From the NCBI GenBank assembly GCA_964016885.1, contig OZ024747.1:49972001-50036000 (forward strand): a stretch of 64,000 nucleotides of DNA, read 5' to 3'. The DNA comes from Eledone cirrhosa. Taxonomy: Eukaryota. The notes below the pieces were generated by a model that made no database searches, was not told the origin of the DNA, and saw nothing but the letters and a program-made list of their open reading frames with translations. Shown in pieces: positions 36,901 to 48,906 of the stretch (the stretch's first letter is position 1; each line of letters starts with the position of its first letter). The position numbers and the translations under genes are program-made.

Positions 36901-39900
36901 AGACTGTGGTGGTGGTGGTGGTGGTGGTGTTGGTAGTGGAGACTGTGGTGGTGGTGGTGTTGGTGGTGGAGACTGTGGTGGTGGTGGTGGTGTTGGTAGT
37001 GGAGACAGTGGTGGTGGTAGTGTTGGTAGTGGAGACTGTGGTGGTGGTGGTGGTGTTGGTAGTGGAGACTGTGGTGGTGGTGGTGTTGGTAGTGGAGACT
37101 GTGGTGGTGGTGGTGGTGTTTGTAGTGGAGACTGTGGTGGTGGTGGTGTTGGTAGTGGAGACCGTGGTGGTGGTGGTGTTGGTGGTGGAGGCAGTGGTGG
37201 TGGTGGTGTTGGTAGTGGAGACAGTGGTGGTGGTAGTGTTGGTAGTGGAGACTGTGGTGGTGGTGGTGGTGTTGGTAGTGGAGACTGTGGTGGTGGTGGT
37301 GGTGGTGTTGGTGGAGACTGTGGTGGTGGTGGTGGTGTTGGTAGTGGAGACTGTGGTGGTGGTGGTGGTGTTGGTGGTGGAGACTGTGGTGGTGGTGGTG
37401 TTGGTAGTGGAGACTGTGGTGGTGGCGGTGTTGGTGGTGGAGGCAGTGGTGGTGGTGTTGGTGGTGGAGACTGTGGTGGTGGTGGTGGTGGTGGTGTTGG
37501 TAGTGGAGACTGTGGTGGTGGTGGTGGTGTTGGTAGTGGAGACTGTGGTGGTGGTGGTGTTGGTGGTGGAGACTGTGGTGGTGGTGGTGTTGGTAGTGGA
37601 GACTGTGGTGGTGGTGGTGGTGGTGGTGGTGTTGGTAGTGGAGACTGTGGTGGTGGTGGTGGTGTTGGTAGTGGAGACTGTGGTGGTGGTGGTGTTGGTG
37701 GTGGAGACTGTGGTGGTGGTGGTGTTGGTAGTGGAGACTGTGGTGGTGGTGGTGGTGTTGGTAGTGGAGACTGTGGTGGTGGTGGTGGTGTTGGTAGTGG
37801 AGACTGTGGTGGTGGTGGTGTTGGTAGTGGAGACTGTGGTGGTGGTGGTGTTGGTGGTGGAGACTGTGGTGGTGGTGGTGTTGGTGGTGGAGACTGTGGT
37901 GGTGGTGGTGTTGGTAGTGGAGACTGTGGTGGTGGTGGTGGTGTTGGTAGTGGAGACTGTGGTGGTGGTGGTGGTGTTGGTGGTGGAGACTGTGGTGGTG
38001 GTGGTGTTGGTGGTGGAGACTGTGGTGGTGGTGGTGTTGGTAGTGGAGACTGTGGTGGTGGTGGTGGTGTTGGTAGTGGAGACTGTGGTGGTGGTGGTGT
38101 TGGTGGTGGAGACTGTGGTGGTGGTGGTGTTGGTGGTGGAGACTGTGGTGGTGGTGGTGGTGTTGGTAGTGGAGACTGTGGTGGTGGTGGTGTTGGTAGT
38201 GGAGACTGTGGTGGTGGTGGTGTTGGTGGTGGAGACTGTGGTGGTGGTGGTGTTGGTGGTGGAGACTGTGGTGGTGGTGGTGTTGGTAGTGGAGACTGTG
38301 GTGGTGGTGGTGGTGTTGGTAGTGGAGACTGTGGTGGTGGTGGTGGTGTTGGTAGTGGAGACTGTGGTGGTGGTGGTGTTGGTGGTAGTGGAGACTGTGG
38401 TGGTGGTGTTGGTGTTGGTAGTGGAGACTGTGGTGGTGGTGGTGTTGGTAGTGGAGACTGTGGTGGTGGTGGTGATGTTGGTAGTGGAGACTGTGTGGCG
38501 GTGGTGTGGGTGGTGGAGACAGTGGTGGTGGTGGTGTTGGTAGTGGAGACTGTGGTGGTGGTGGTGGTGTTGGTAGTGGAGACTGTGGTGGTGGTGGTGG
38601 TGGTGTTGGTAGTGGAGACTGTGGTGGTGGTGGTGGTGTTGGTAGTGGAGACTGTGGTGGTGGTGTTGGTGTTGGTAGTGGAGACTGTGGTGGTGGTGGT
38701 GGTGTTGGTGGTGGAGACTGTGGTGGTGGTGGTGTTGGTAGTGGAGACTGTGGTGGTGGTGGTGGTGTTGGTAGTGGAGACTGTGGTGGTGGTGGTGGTG
38801 GTGTTGGTAGTGGAGACTGTGGTGGTGGTGGTGGTGTTGGTAGTGGAGACTGTGGTGGTGGTGGTGGTGTTGGTAGTGGAGACTGTGGTGGTGGTGGTGG
38901 TGGTGTTGGTAGTGGAGACTGTGGTGGTGGTGGTGGTGGTGTTGGTAGTGGAGACTGTGGTGGTGGTGGTGGTGGTGTTGGTAGTGGAGACTGTGGTGGT
39001 GGTGGTGGTGGTGTTGGTAGTGGAGACTGTGGTGGTGGTGGTGGTGGTGTTGGTAGTGGAGACTGTGGTGGTGGTGGTGGTGTTGGTAGTGGAGACTGTG
39101 GTGGTGGTGGTGGTGGTGTTGGTAGTGGAGACTGTGGTGGTGGTGGTGGTGTTGGTAGTGGAGACTGTGGTGGTGGTGGTGGTGGTGTTGGTAGTGGAGA
39201 CTGTGGTGGTGGTGGTGGTGGTGTTGGTAGTGGAGACTGTGGTGGTGGTGGTGGTGTTGGTAGTGGAGACTGTGGTGGTGGTGGTGGTGGTGTTGGTAGT
39301 GGAGACTGTGGTGGTGGTGGTGGTGTTGGTAGTGGAGACTGTGGTGGTGGTGGTGGTGGTGTTGGTAGTGGAGACTGTGGTGGTGGTGGTGGTGGTGTTG
39401 GTAGTGGAGACTGTGGTGGTGGTGGTGGTGGTGTTGGTAGTGGAGACTGTGGTGGTGGTGGTGGTGGTGTTGGTAGTGGAGACTGTGGTGGTGGTGGTGG
39501 TGTTGGTAGTGGAGACTGTGGTGGTGGCGGTGGTGGTGGTGGAGGCAGTGGTGGCGGTGGTGTTGGTGGTGGAGACTTTGGTGGTGGTGGTAGTGTTGGT
39601 GGTGGAGATTGGTGGTGGTGGTGTTGGTGGTGGAGGCAGTGGTGGTGGTGTTGGTGGTGGAGACTGTGGTGGTGGTGGTAGTGTTGGTTGTGGAGACTGT
39701 GGTGGTGGTGGTGGTGGTAGTAGAGATTGTGTGGTGGTGGTGGTGTTGGTGGTGGAGACAGTGGTGGTGGTAGTGGAGACTGTGGTGGTGGTGGTGTTGG
39801 TAGTGGAGACTGTGGTGGTGGTGGTGTTGGTAGTAGAGATTGTGTGGTGGTGGTGGTGTTGGTGGTGGAGACAGTGGTGGTGGTAGTGGAGACTGTGGTG

Positions 39901-42900
39901 GTGGTGGTGTTGGTAGTGGAGACTGTGGTGGTGGTGGTGTTGGTAGTAGAGATTGTGTGGTGGTGGTGGTGTTGGTGGTGGAGACAGTGGTGGTGGTGGT
40001 GGTGGTGTTGGTAGTGGAGACTGTGGTGGTGGTGGTGGTGTTGGTGGTGGAGACAGTGGTGGTGGTGGTGTTGGTAGTGGAGACTGTGGTGGTGGCGGTG
40101 TTGGTGGTGGAGGCAGTGGTGGTGGTGTTGGTGGTGGAGACTGTGGTGGTGGTGGTGTTGGTAGTGGAGACTGTGGTGGTGTTGGTGGTGGAGACTGTGG
40201 TGGTGGTGTTGGTGGTGGAGACTGTGGTGGTGGTGATGGTGTTGGTGGTGGAGACAGTGGTGGTGGTGGTGTTGGTGGTGGAGACTGTGGTGGTGGTGTT
40301 GGTGTTGGTGGTGGAGGCAGTGGTGGTGGTGTTGGTGGTGGAGACTGTGGTGGTGGTGGTGGTGTTGGTGGTGGAGACAGTGGTGGTGGTGGTGTTGGTG
40401 GTGGAGACTGTGGTGGTGGTGTTGGTGTTGGTGGTGGAGACAGTGGTGGTGGTGTTGGTGGTGGAGACTGTGGTGGTGGTGGTGGTGTTGGTGGTGGAGG
40501 CAGTGGTGGTGGTGTTGGTGGTGGAGACTGTGGTGGTGGTGGTGGTGTTGGTGGTGGAGACAGTGGTGGTGGTGGTGTTGGTGGTGGAGACTGTGGTGGT
40601 GGTGTTGGTGTTGGTGGTGGAGACAGTGGTGGTGGTGGTGTTTGTAGTGGAGACTGTGGTGGTGGTGGTGGTGTTGGTGGTGGAGACAATGGTGGTGGTG
40701 GTGTTGGTGGTGGAGACTGTGGTGGTGGTGGTGGTGTTGGTGGTGGAGACGGTGGTGGTGGTGGTGGTGGTGTTGGTAGTGGAGACGGTGGTGGTGGTGG
40801 TGGTGGTGTTGGTAGTGGAGACTGTGGTGGTGGTGGTGGTGTTGGTAGCGGAGACGGTGGTGGTGTTGGTGGTGTTGGTAGCGGAGACTGTGGTGGTGGT
40901 GGTGTTGGTAGTGGAGACTGTGGTGGTGGTGGTGTTGGTGGTGGAGACTGTGGTGGTGGTGGTGGTGTTGGTAGTGGAGACTGTGGTGGTGGTGGTGGTA
41001 GTGGAGACAGTGGTGGTGGTAGTGTTGGTAGTGGAGACTGTGGTGGTGGTGGTGGTGTTGGTAGTGGAGACTGTGGTGGTGGTGGTGTTGGTAGTGGAGA
41101 CTGTGGTGGTGGTGGTGTTGGTGGTGGAGACTGTGGTGGTGGTGGTGGTGTTGGTAGTGGAGACTGTGGTGGTGGTGGTGGTAGTGGAGACAGTGGTGGT
41201 GGTAGTGTTGGTAGTGGAGACTGTGGTGGTGGTGGTGGTGTTGGTAGTGGAGACTGTGGTGGTGGTGGTGTTGGTAGTGGAGACTGTGGTGGTGGTGGTG
41301 GTGTTTGTAGTGGAGACTGTGGTGGTGGTGGTGTTGGTAGTGGAGACCGTGGTGGTGGTGGTGTTGGTGGTGGAGGCAGTGGTGGTGGTGGTGTTGGTAG
41401 TGGAGACAGTGGTGGTGGTAGTGTTGGTAGTGGAGACTGTGGTGGTGGTGGTGGTGTTGGTAGTGGAGACTGTGGTGGTGGTGGTGGTGGTGTTGGTGGA
41501 GACTGTGGTGGTGGTGGTGGTGTTGGTAGTGGAGACTGTGGTGGTGGTGGTGGTGTTGGTGGTGGAGACTGTGGTGGTGGTGGTGTTGGTAGTGGAGACT
41601 GTGGTGGTGGTGGTGGTGTTGGTAGTGGAGACTGTGGTGGTGGTGGTGGTGTTGGTAGTGGAGACTGTGGTGGTGGTGGTGGTGTTGGTGGTGGAGACAG
41701 TGGTGGTGGTGGTGTTGGTAGTGGAGACTGTGGTGGTGGTGGTGGTGTTGGTGGTGGAGACTGTGGTGGTGGTGGTGTTGGTAGTGGAGACTGTGGTGGT
41801 GGTGGTGGTGTTGGTAGTGGAGACTGTGGTGGTGGTGGTGTTGGTAGTGGAGACTGTGGTGGTGGTGGTGGTGTTGGTAGTGGAGACTGTGGTGGTGGTG
41901 GTGGTGTTGGTAGTGGAGACTGTGGTGGTGGTGGTGGTGTTGGTGGTGGAGACTGTGGTGGTGGTGGTGTTGGTAGTGGAGACTGTGGTGGTGGTGGTGG
42001 TGTTGGTGGTGGAGACTGTGGTGGTGGTGGTGTTGGTAGTGGAGACTGTGGTGGTGGTGGTGGTGTTGGTAGTGGAGACTGTGGTGGTGGTGGTGTTGGT
42101 AGTGGAGACTGTGGTGGTGGTGGTGGTGTTGGTGGTGGAGACTGTGGTGGTGGTGGTGGTGTTGGTAGTGGAGACTGTGGTGGTGGTGTTGGTGGAGACT
42201 GTGGTGGTGGTGGTGGTGTTGGTAGTGGAGACTGTGGTGGTGGTGGTGGTGTTGGTGGTGGAGACTGTGGTGGTGGTGGTGGTGTTGGTGGTGGAGACTG
42301 TGGTGGTGGTGGTGTTGGTAGTGGAGACTGTGGTGGTGGTGGTGGTGTTGGTAGTGGAGACTGTGGTGGTGGTGGTGTTGGTAGTGGAGACTGTGGTGGT
42401 GGTGGTGGTGTTGGTGGTGGAGACTGTGGTGGTGGTGGTGTTGGTAGTGGAGACTGTGGTGGTGGTGGTGGTGTTGGTAGTGGAGACTGTGGTGGTGGTG
42501 GTGTTGGTAGTGGAGACTGTGGTGGTGGTGGTGGTGTTGGTGGTGGAGACTGTGGTGGTGGTGGTGGTGTTGGTAGTGGAGACTGTGGTGGTGGTGTTGG
42601 TGTTGGTAGTGGAGACTGTGGTGGTGGTGGTGGTGTTGGTAGTGGAGACTGTGGTGGTGGTGGTGGTGGTGGAGACGGTGGTGGTGTTGGTGGTGTTGGT
42701 AGCGGAGACTGTGGTGGTGGTGGTGTTGGTAGTGGAGACTGTGGTGGTGGTGGTGTTGGTGGTAGTGGAGACTGTGGTGGTGTTGGTGGTGTTGGTAGTG
42801 GAGACTGTGGTGGTGGTGGTGTTGGTAGCGGAGACTGTGGTGGTGGTGGTGTTGGTAGTGGAGACTGTGGTGGTGGTGGTGTTGGTAGCGGAGACTGTGG

Positions 42901-45900
42901 TGGTGGTGGTGTTGGTAGTGGAGACTGTGGTGGTGGTGGTGTTGGTAGTAGTGGAGACTGTGGTGGTGTTGGTGGTGTTGGTAGTGGAGACTGTGGTGGT
43001 GGTGGTGGTGTTGGTAGCGGAGACTGTGGTGGTGGTGGTGTTGGTAGTGGAGACTGTGGTGGTGGTGGTGTTGGTAGCGGAGACTGTGGTGGTGGTGGTG
43101 TTGGTAGTGGAGACTGTGGTGGTGGTGGTGTTGGTAGCGGAGACTGTGGTGGTGGTGGTGTTGGTAGTGGAGACTGTGGTGGTGGTGGTGTTGGTGGTAG
43201 TGGAGACTGTGGTGGTGTTGGTGGTGTTGGTAGTGGAGACTGTGGTGGTGGTGGTGTTGGTAGCGGAGACTGTGGTGGTGGTGGTGTTGGTAGTGGAGAC
43301 TGTGGTGGTGGTGGTGTTGGTAGCGGAGACTGTGGTGGTGGTGGTGTTGGTAGTGGAGACTGTGGTGGTGGTGGTGTTGGTGGTAGTGGAGACTGTGGTG
43401 GTGTTGGTGGTGTTGGTAGTGGAGACTGTGGTGGTGGTGGTGTTGGTAGTGGAGACTGTGGTGGTGGTGGTGGTGTTGGTAGTGGAGACTGTGGTGGTGG
43501 TGGTGGTGTTGGTAGTGGAGACTGTGGTGGTGGTGGTGGTGTTGGTAGTGGAGACTGTGTGGCGGTGGTGTTGGTGGTGGAGACAGTGGTGGTGGTGGTG
43601 TTGGTGGTGGAGACAGTGGTGGTGTTGGTAGTGGAGACTGTGGTGGTGGTGGTGTTGGTGGTAGTGGAGACTGTGGTGGTGGTGGTGGTGTTGGTGGTGG
43701 AGACTGTGGTGGTGGTGGTGGTGTTGGTGGTGGTGGTGGTGGTGTTGGTGGTGGAGACAGTGGTGGTGGTGGTGTTGGTGGTAGTGGAGACTGTGGTGGT
43801 GGTGGTGTTGGTAGTGGAGACTGTGTGGCGGTGTTGTTGGTGGTGGAGACAGTGGTGGTGGTGGTGGTGGTGGAGACTGTGGTGGTGGTGGTGTTGGTGG
43901 TGGTGGTGTTGGTGGTGGAGACAGTGGTGGTGTTGGTGGTGGAGACTGTGGTGGTGGTGGTGTTGGTAGTGGAGACTGTGTGGCGGTGGTGTTGGTGGTG
44001 GAGACAGTGGTGGTGGTGGTGTTGGTGGTGGAGACTGTGGTGGTGGTGGTGTTGGTAGTGGAGACTGTGTGGCGGTGGTGTTGGTAGTGGAGACAGTGGT
44101 GGTGGTGGTGGTGTTGGTGGTGGAGACAGTGGTGGTGGTGGTGGTGTTGGTAGTGGAGACTGTGGTGGTGGTGGTGGTGTTGGTGGTGGAGACAGTGGTG
44201 GTGGTGGTGGTGTTGGTAGTGGAGACTGTGGTGGTGGTGGTGTTGGTAGTGTAGACTGTGGTGGTGGTGGTGGTGTTGGTAGTGGAGACCGTGGTGGTGG
44301 TGGTGTTGGTGGTGGAGGCAGTGGTGGTGGTGGTGGTGTTGGTAGTGGAGACTGTGGTGGTGGTGGTGGTGGTGGTGTTGGTAGTGGAGACTGTGGTGGT
44401 GGTGGTGGTAGTAGAGATTGTGTGGCGGTGGTGGTGTTGGTAGTGGAGACTGTGGTGGTGGTGGTGTTGGTAGTGGAGACTGTGGTGGTGGTGGTGTTGG
44501 TAGTGGAGACTGTGGTGGTGGTGGTGTTGGTAGTGGAGACTGTGGTGGTGGTGGTGGTGTTGGTAGTGGAGACTGTGGTGGTGGTGGTGGTGTTGGTAGT
44601 GGAGACAGTGGTGGTGGCGGTGGTGGTGGTGGAGGCAGTGGTGGTGGTGGTGTTGGTGGTGGAGGCAGTGGTGGTGGTGGTGGTGTTGGTGGTGTTGGTA
44701 GTGGAGACTGTGGTGGTGGTGGTAGTGTTGGTGGTGGAGGCAGTGGTGGTGGTGGTGGTGTTGGTGGTGGAGACAGTGGTGGTGGTGGTGGTGTTGGTTG
44801 TGGAGACTGTGGTGGTGGTGTTGGTGTTGGTAGTGGAGACGGTGGTGGTGGTGGTGGTGGTGTTGGTGGTGGAGGCAGTGGTGGTGGTGGTGGTGTTGGT
44901 GGTGGAGACAGTGGTGGTGGTGGTGGTGTTGGTTGTGGAGACTGTGGTGGTGGTGGTGGTGTTGGTGGTGGAGACAGTGGTGGTGGTGGTGTTGGTGGTG
45001 GAGACTGTGGTGGTGGTGGTGGTGTTGGTGGTGGAGACAGTGGTGGTGGTGGTGTTGGTAGTGGAGACGGTGGTGGTGGTGGTGGTGGTGTTGGTAGTGG
45101 AGACTGTGGTGGTGGTGGTGGTGTTGGTAGTGGAGACTGTGGTGGTGGTGTTGTTGGTAGTGGAGACTGTGGTGGTGGTTGTGGTGTTGGTAGTGGAGAC
45201 GGTGGTGGTGTTGGTAGTGGAGACTGTGGTGGTGGTGGTGGTGTTGGTAGTAGAGACTGTGGTGGTGGTGGTGGTGTTGGTGGTGGAGACTGTGGTGGTG
45301 GTGGTGTTGGTAGTGGAGACTGTGGTGGTGGTGGTGGTGTTGGTGGTGGAGACTGTGGTGGTGGTGGTGTTGGTAGTGGAGACTGTGGTGGTGGTGGTGG
45401 TGTTGGTAGTGGAGACTGTGGTGGTGGTGGTGTTGGTAGCGGAGACTGTGGTGGTGGTGGTGTTGGTGGTGGAGACTGTGGTGGTGTTGGTGGTGGAGAC
45501 AGTGGTGGTGGTGGTGTTGGTGGTGGAGACTGTGGTGGTGGTGGTGGTGTCGGTGGTGGAGACAGTGGTGGTGGTGGTGTTGGTAGTGGAGACTGTGGTG
45601 GTGGTGGTGTTGGTAGTGGAGACTGTGGTGGTGGTGGTGGTGTTGGTGGTGGAGACAGTGGTGGTGGTGGTGTTGGTAGTGGAGACTGTGGTGGTGGTGG
45701 TGTTGGTAGTGGAGACTGTGGTGGTGGCGGTGGTGTTGGTGGTGGAGACAGTGGTGGTGGTGGTGTTGGTAGTGGAGACTGTGGTGGTGGCGGTGGTGTT
45801 GGTGGTGGAGACAGTGGTGGTGGTGGTGTTGGTAGTGGAGACTGTGGTGGTGGTGGTGTTGGTAGTGGAGACTGTGTGGCGGTGGTGTTGGTGGTGGAGA

Positions 45901-48116
45901 CAGTGGTGGTGGTGGTGGTGTTGGTGGTGGAGACAGTGGTGGTGGTGGTGTTGGTGGTGGAGACTGTGGTGGTGGTGGTGGTGTTGGTAGTGGAGACTGT
46001 GTGGCGGTGGTGTTGGTGGTGGAGACAGTGGTGGTGGTGGTGTTGGTGGTGGAGACTGTGGTGGTGGTGGTGGTGTTGGTAGTGGAGACTGTGTGGCGGT
46101 GGTGTTGGTGGTGGAGACAGTGGTGGTGGTGGTGTTGGTAGTGGAGACTGTGGTGGTGGTGGTGTTGGTAGTGGAGACTGTGTGGCGGTGGTGTTGGTGG
46201 TGGAGACAGTGGTGGTGGTGGTGTTGGTAGTGGAGACTGTGGTGGTGGTGGTGTTGGTAGTGGAGACTGTGTGGCGGTGGTATTGGTGGTGGAGACAGTG
46301 GTGGTGGTGGTGGTGTTGGTAGTGGAGACTGTGGTGGTGGTGGTGTTGGTGGTGGAGACTGTGGTGGTGGTGGTGGTGTTGGTGGTGGAGACAGTGGTGG
46401 TGTTGGTGGTGGAGACTGTGGTGGTGGTGGTGGTGTTGGTGGTGGAGACAGTGGTGGTGGTGGTGTTTGTAGTGGAGACTGTGGTGGTGGTGGTGGTGTT
46501 GGTGGTGGAGACTGTGGTGGTGGTGGTGGTGTTGGTGGTGGAGACAGTGGTGGTGGTGGTGGTGTTTGGAGTTGAGACTGTGGTGGTGGTGGTGTTTGTA
46601 GTGGAGACAGTGGTGGTGGTGGTGGTGTTGGTAGTGGAGACTGTGTGGCGATGGTGTTGGTGGTGGAGACTGTGGTGGTGGTGGTGGTGTTGGTGGTGGA
46701 GACAGTGGTGGTGGTGGTGTTTGTAGTGGAGACAGTGGTGGTGGTGGTGTTTGTAGTGGAGACAGTGGTGGTGGTGGTGGTGTTGGTAGTGGAGACTGTG
46801 TGGCGGTGGTGTTGGTGGTGGAGACAGTGGTGGTGGTGGTGGTGTTGGTGGTGGAGACAGTGGTGGTGGTGGTGTTGGTGGTGGAGACTGTGGTGGTGGT
46901 GGTGGTGTTGGTGGTGGAGACAGTGGTGGTGGTGGTGTTGGTAGTGAAGACTGTGGTGGTGGTGGTGTTGGTAGTGGAGACTGTGGTGGTGGTGGTGTTG
47001 GTGGTGGAGACAATGATGGTGGTGGTGTTGGTAGTGAAGACTGTGGTGGTGGTGGTGTTTGTAGTGGAGACAGTGGTGGTGGTGGTGTTGGTAGCGGAGA
47101 CTGTGGTGGTGGTGGTGGTGTTGGTGGTGGAGACTGTGGTGGTGGTGGTGTTGGTGGTGGAGACAATGATGGTGGTGGTGTTGGTAGTGGAGACTGTGGT
47201 GGTGGTGGTGTTGGTAGTGGAGACTGTGGTGGTGGTGGTGGTGTTGGTAGTGGAGACTGTGGTGGTGATGGTGGTGTTGGTGGTGGAGACAATGATGGTG
47301 GTGGTGTTGGTAGTGGAGACTGTGGTGGTGGTGGTGGTGTTGGTAGTGGAGACTGTGGTGGTGGTGGTGTTGGTAGTGGAGACTGTGGTGGTGGTGGTGG
47401 TGTTGGTAGTGGAGACTGTGGTGGTGGTGGTGGTGTTGGTAGTGGAGACTGTGGTGGTGGTGGTGTTGGTGGTGGAGACTGTGGTGGTGGTGGTGTTGGT
47501 GGTGGAGACAGTGGTGGTGGTGGTGTTTGTAGTGGAGACTGTGGTGGTGGTGGTGTTGGTAGTGGAGACTGTGGTGGTGGTGGTGGTGTTGGTGGTGGAG
47601 ACTGTGGTGGTGGTGGTGTTGGTGGTGGAGACAATGATGGTGGTGGTGTTGGTAGTGGAGACTGTGGTGGTGGTGGTGTTGGTAGTGGAGACTGTGGTGG
47701 TGGTGGTGGTGTTGGTAGTGGAGACTGTGGTGGTGATGGTGGTGTTGGTGGTGGAGACAATGATGGTGGTGGTGTTGGTAGTGGAGACTGTGGTGGTGGT
47801 GGTGGTGTTGGTAGTGGAGACTGTGGTGGTGGTGGTGTTGGTAGTGGAGACTGTGGTGGTGGTGGTGGTGTTGGTAGTGGAGACTGTGGTGGTGGTGGTG
47901 GTGTTGGTAGTGGAGACTGTGGTGGTGGTGGTGTTGGTAGTGGAGACTGTGGTGGTGGTGGTGGTGTTGGTAGTGGAGACTGTGGTGGTGATGGTGGTGT
48001 TGGTGGTGGAGATAGTGGTGGTGGTGGTGGTGTTGGTAGTGGAGACTGTGGTGGTGGTGGTGGTGGTGTTGGTAGTGGAGACTGTGGTGGTGGTGGTGGT
48101 GGTGGTGTTGGTGGTG
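29538..48116. repeat. 18.6-kb G/T-rich satellite, unit GAGACT-GT-(GGT)n-GTT-GGT-(A/G)GT-G with variable n (mostly 30-36 bp)
   Basis: Read directly. Roughly 550-600 units by length estimate, with clustered variants and internal block duplications. Confidence 0.97.
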
Positions 48117-48712
48117 AATAACTCCAATATGTCCACAATAAGCTCAAGTATAGTGTTCACTAAACTCTGTATTGCTGGCAATGTTTGTATATGTGTGTAT
48201 CTGCCTGTGTGTGCATGTTTATATGGGTATATGTGTGTGTGTGCATGTTTATATGGGTATATGTGTGTGTGTGCATGTTTATATGGGTATATGTGTGTGT
48301 ATATTTATATGTCTATATATGTGTGTTGGGGTTATTGAGGACATAAATTCTGTGACTGTTATGAAAGAATAAGTCATTTATTCCTCAGAGGGCTGTACAC
48401 ATAATGACACCCACACTCATATACATATATCTATGTATATACATACATACACACACATGTATTGTATGTATGTATACATGAATGTTTGTATTTACGGATG
48501 TACCTACATTCATGCATGCATACACAGGTATGTATATATGTGTGTGAGTGTATGTACATACACTAAGAAATAAGTGTTATAGCAACATTGATTGACTAAA
48601 TAAAACACTCTTTATATGTATAGAGTCGAATGTTTATTTATAATTTAATTGATATATATTATATATACATGAATGTATGCACACATGAATGCTAGCATAG
48701 ATACGTATATAC

Positions 48713-48906
48713 ATCATCGTTTAACGTCCATTTTCCATGCTACAATAGGTAGCATGGGCTGATCCTTTGGGAGAGATTCGAGATTCAGGTCAGGGGACCT
48801 TGATTCGCTCATGAAATTTTGGCTTTGTTTCTACAACTGGATGCTCTTCCTTACGCCAACCACATTCACAGTGTCTGCTCTGTCCTTTTTGTTGTGTCAT
48901 CTACAC
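48713..48906 (-). mobile_element. SINE/RTE-type 3' tail fragment, ending at the Buster TIR
   Basis: catcatcgtttaacgtccattttccatgc...ggatgctcttccttacgccaaccac matches the shared RTE/SINE tail. Confidence 0.65.

Noticed and set aside
29550-48338. Plus-strand poly-Val and Gly-Cys (GGGGVGSGDC) ORFs
   Set aside because: They are broken repeatedly by frame-switch variants into a stop-containing frame, and have no credible starts.
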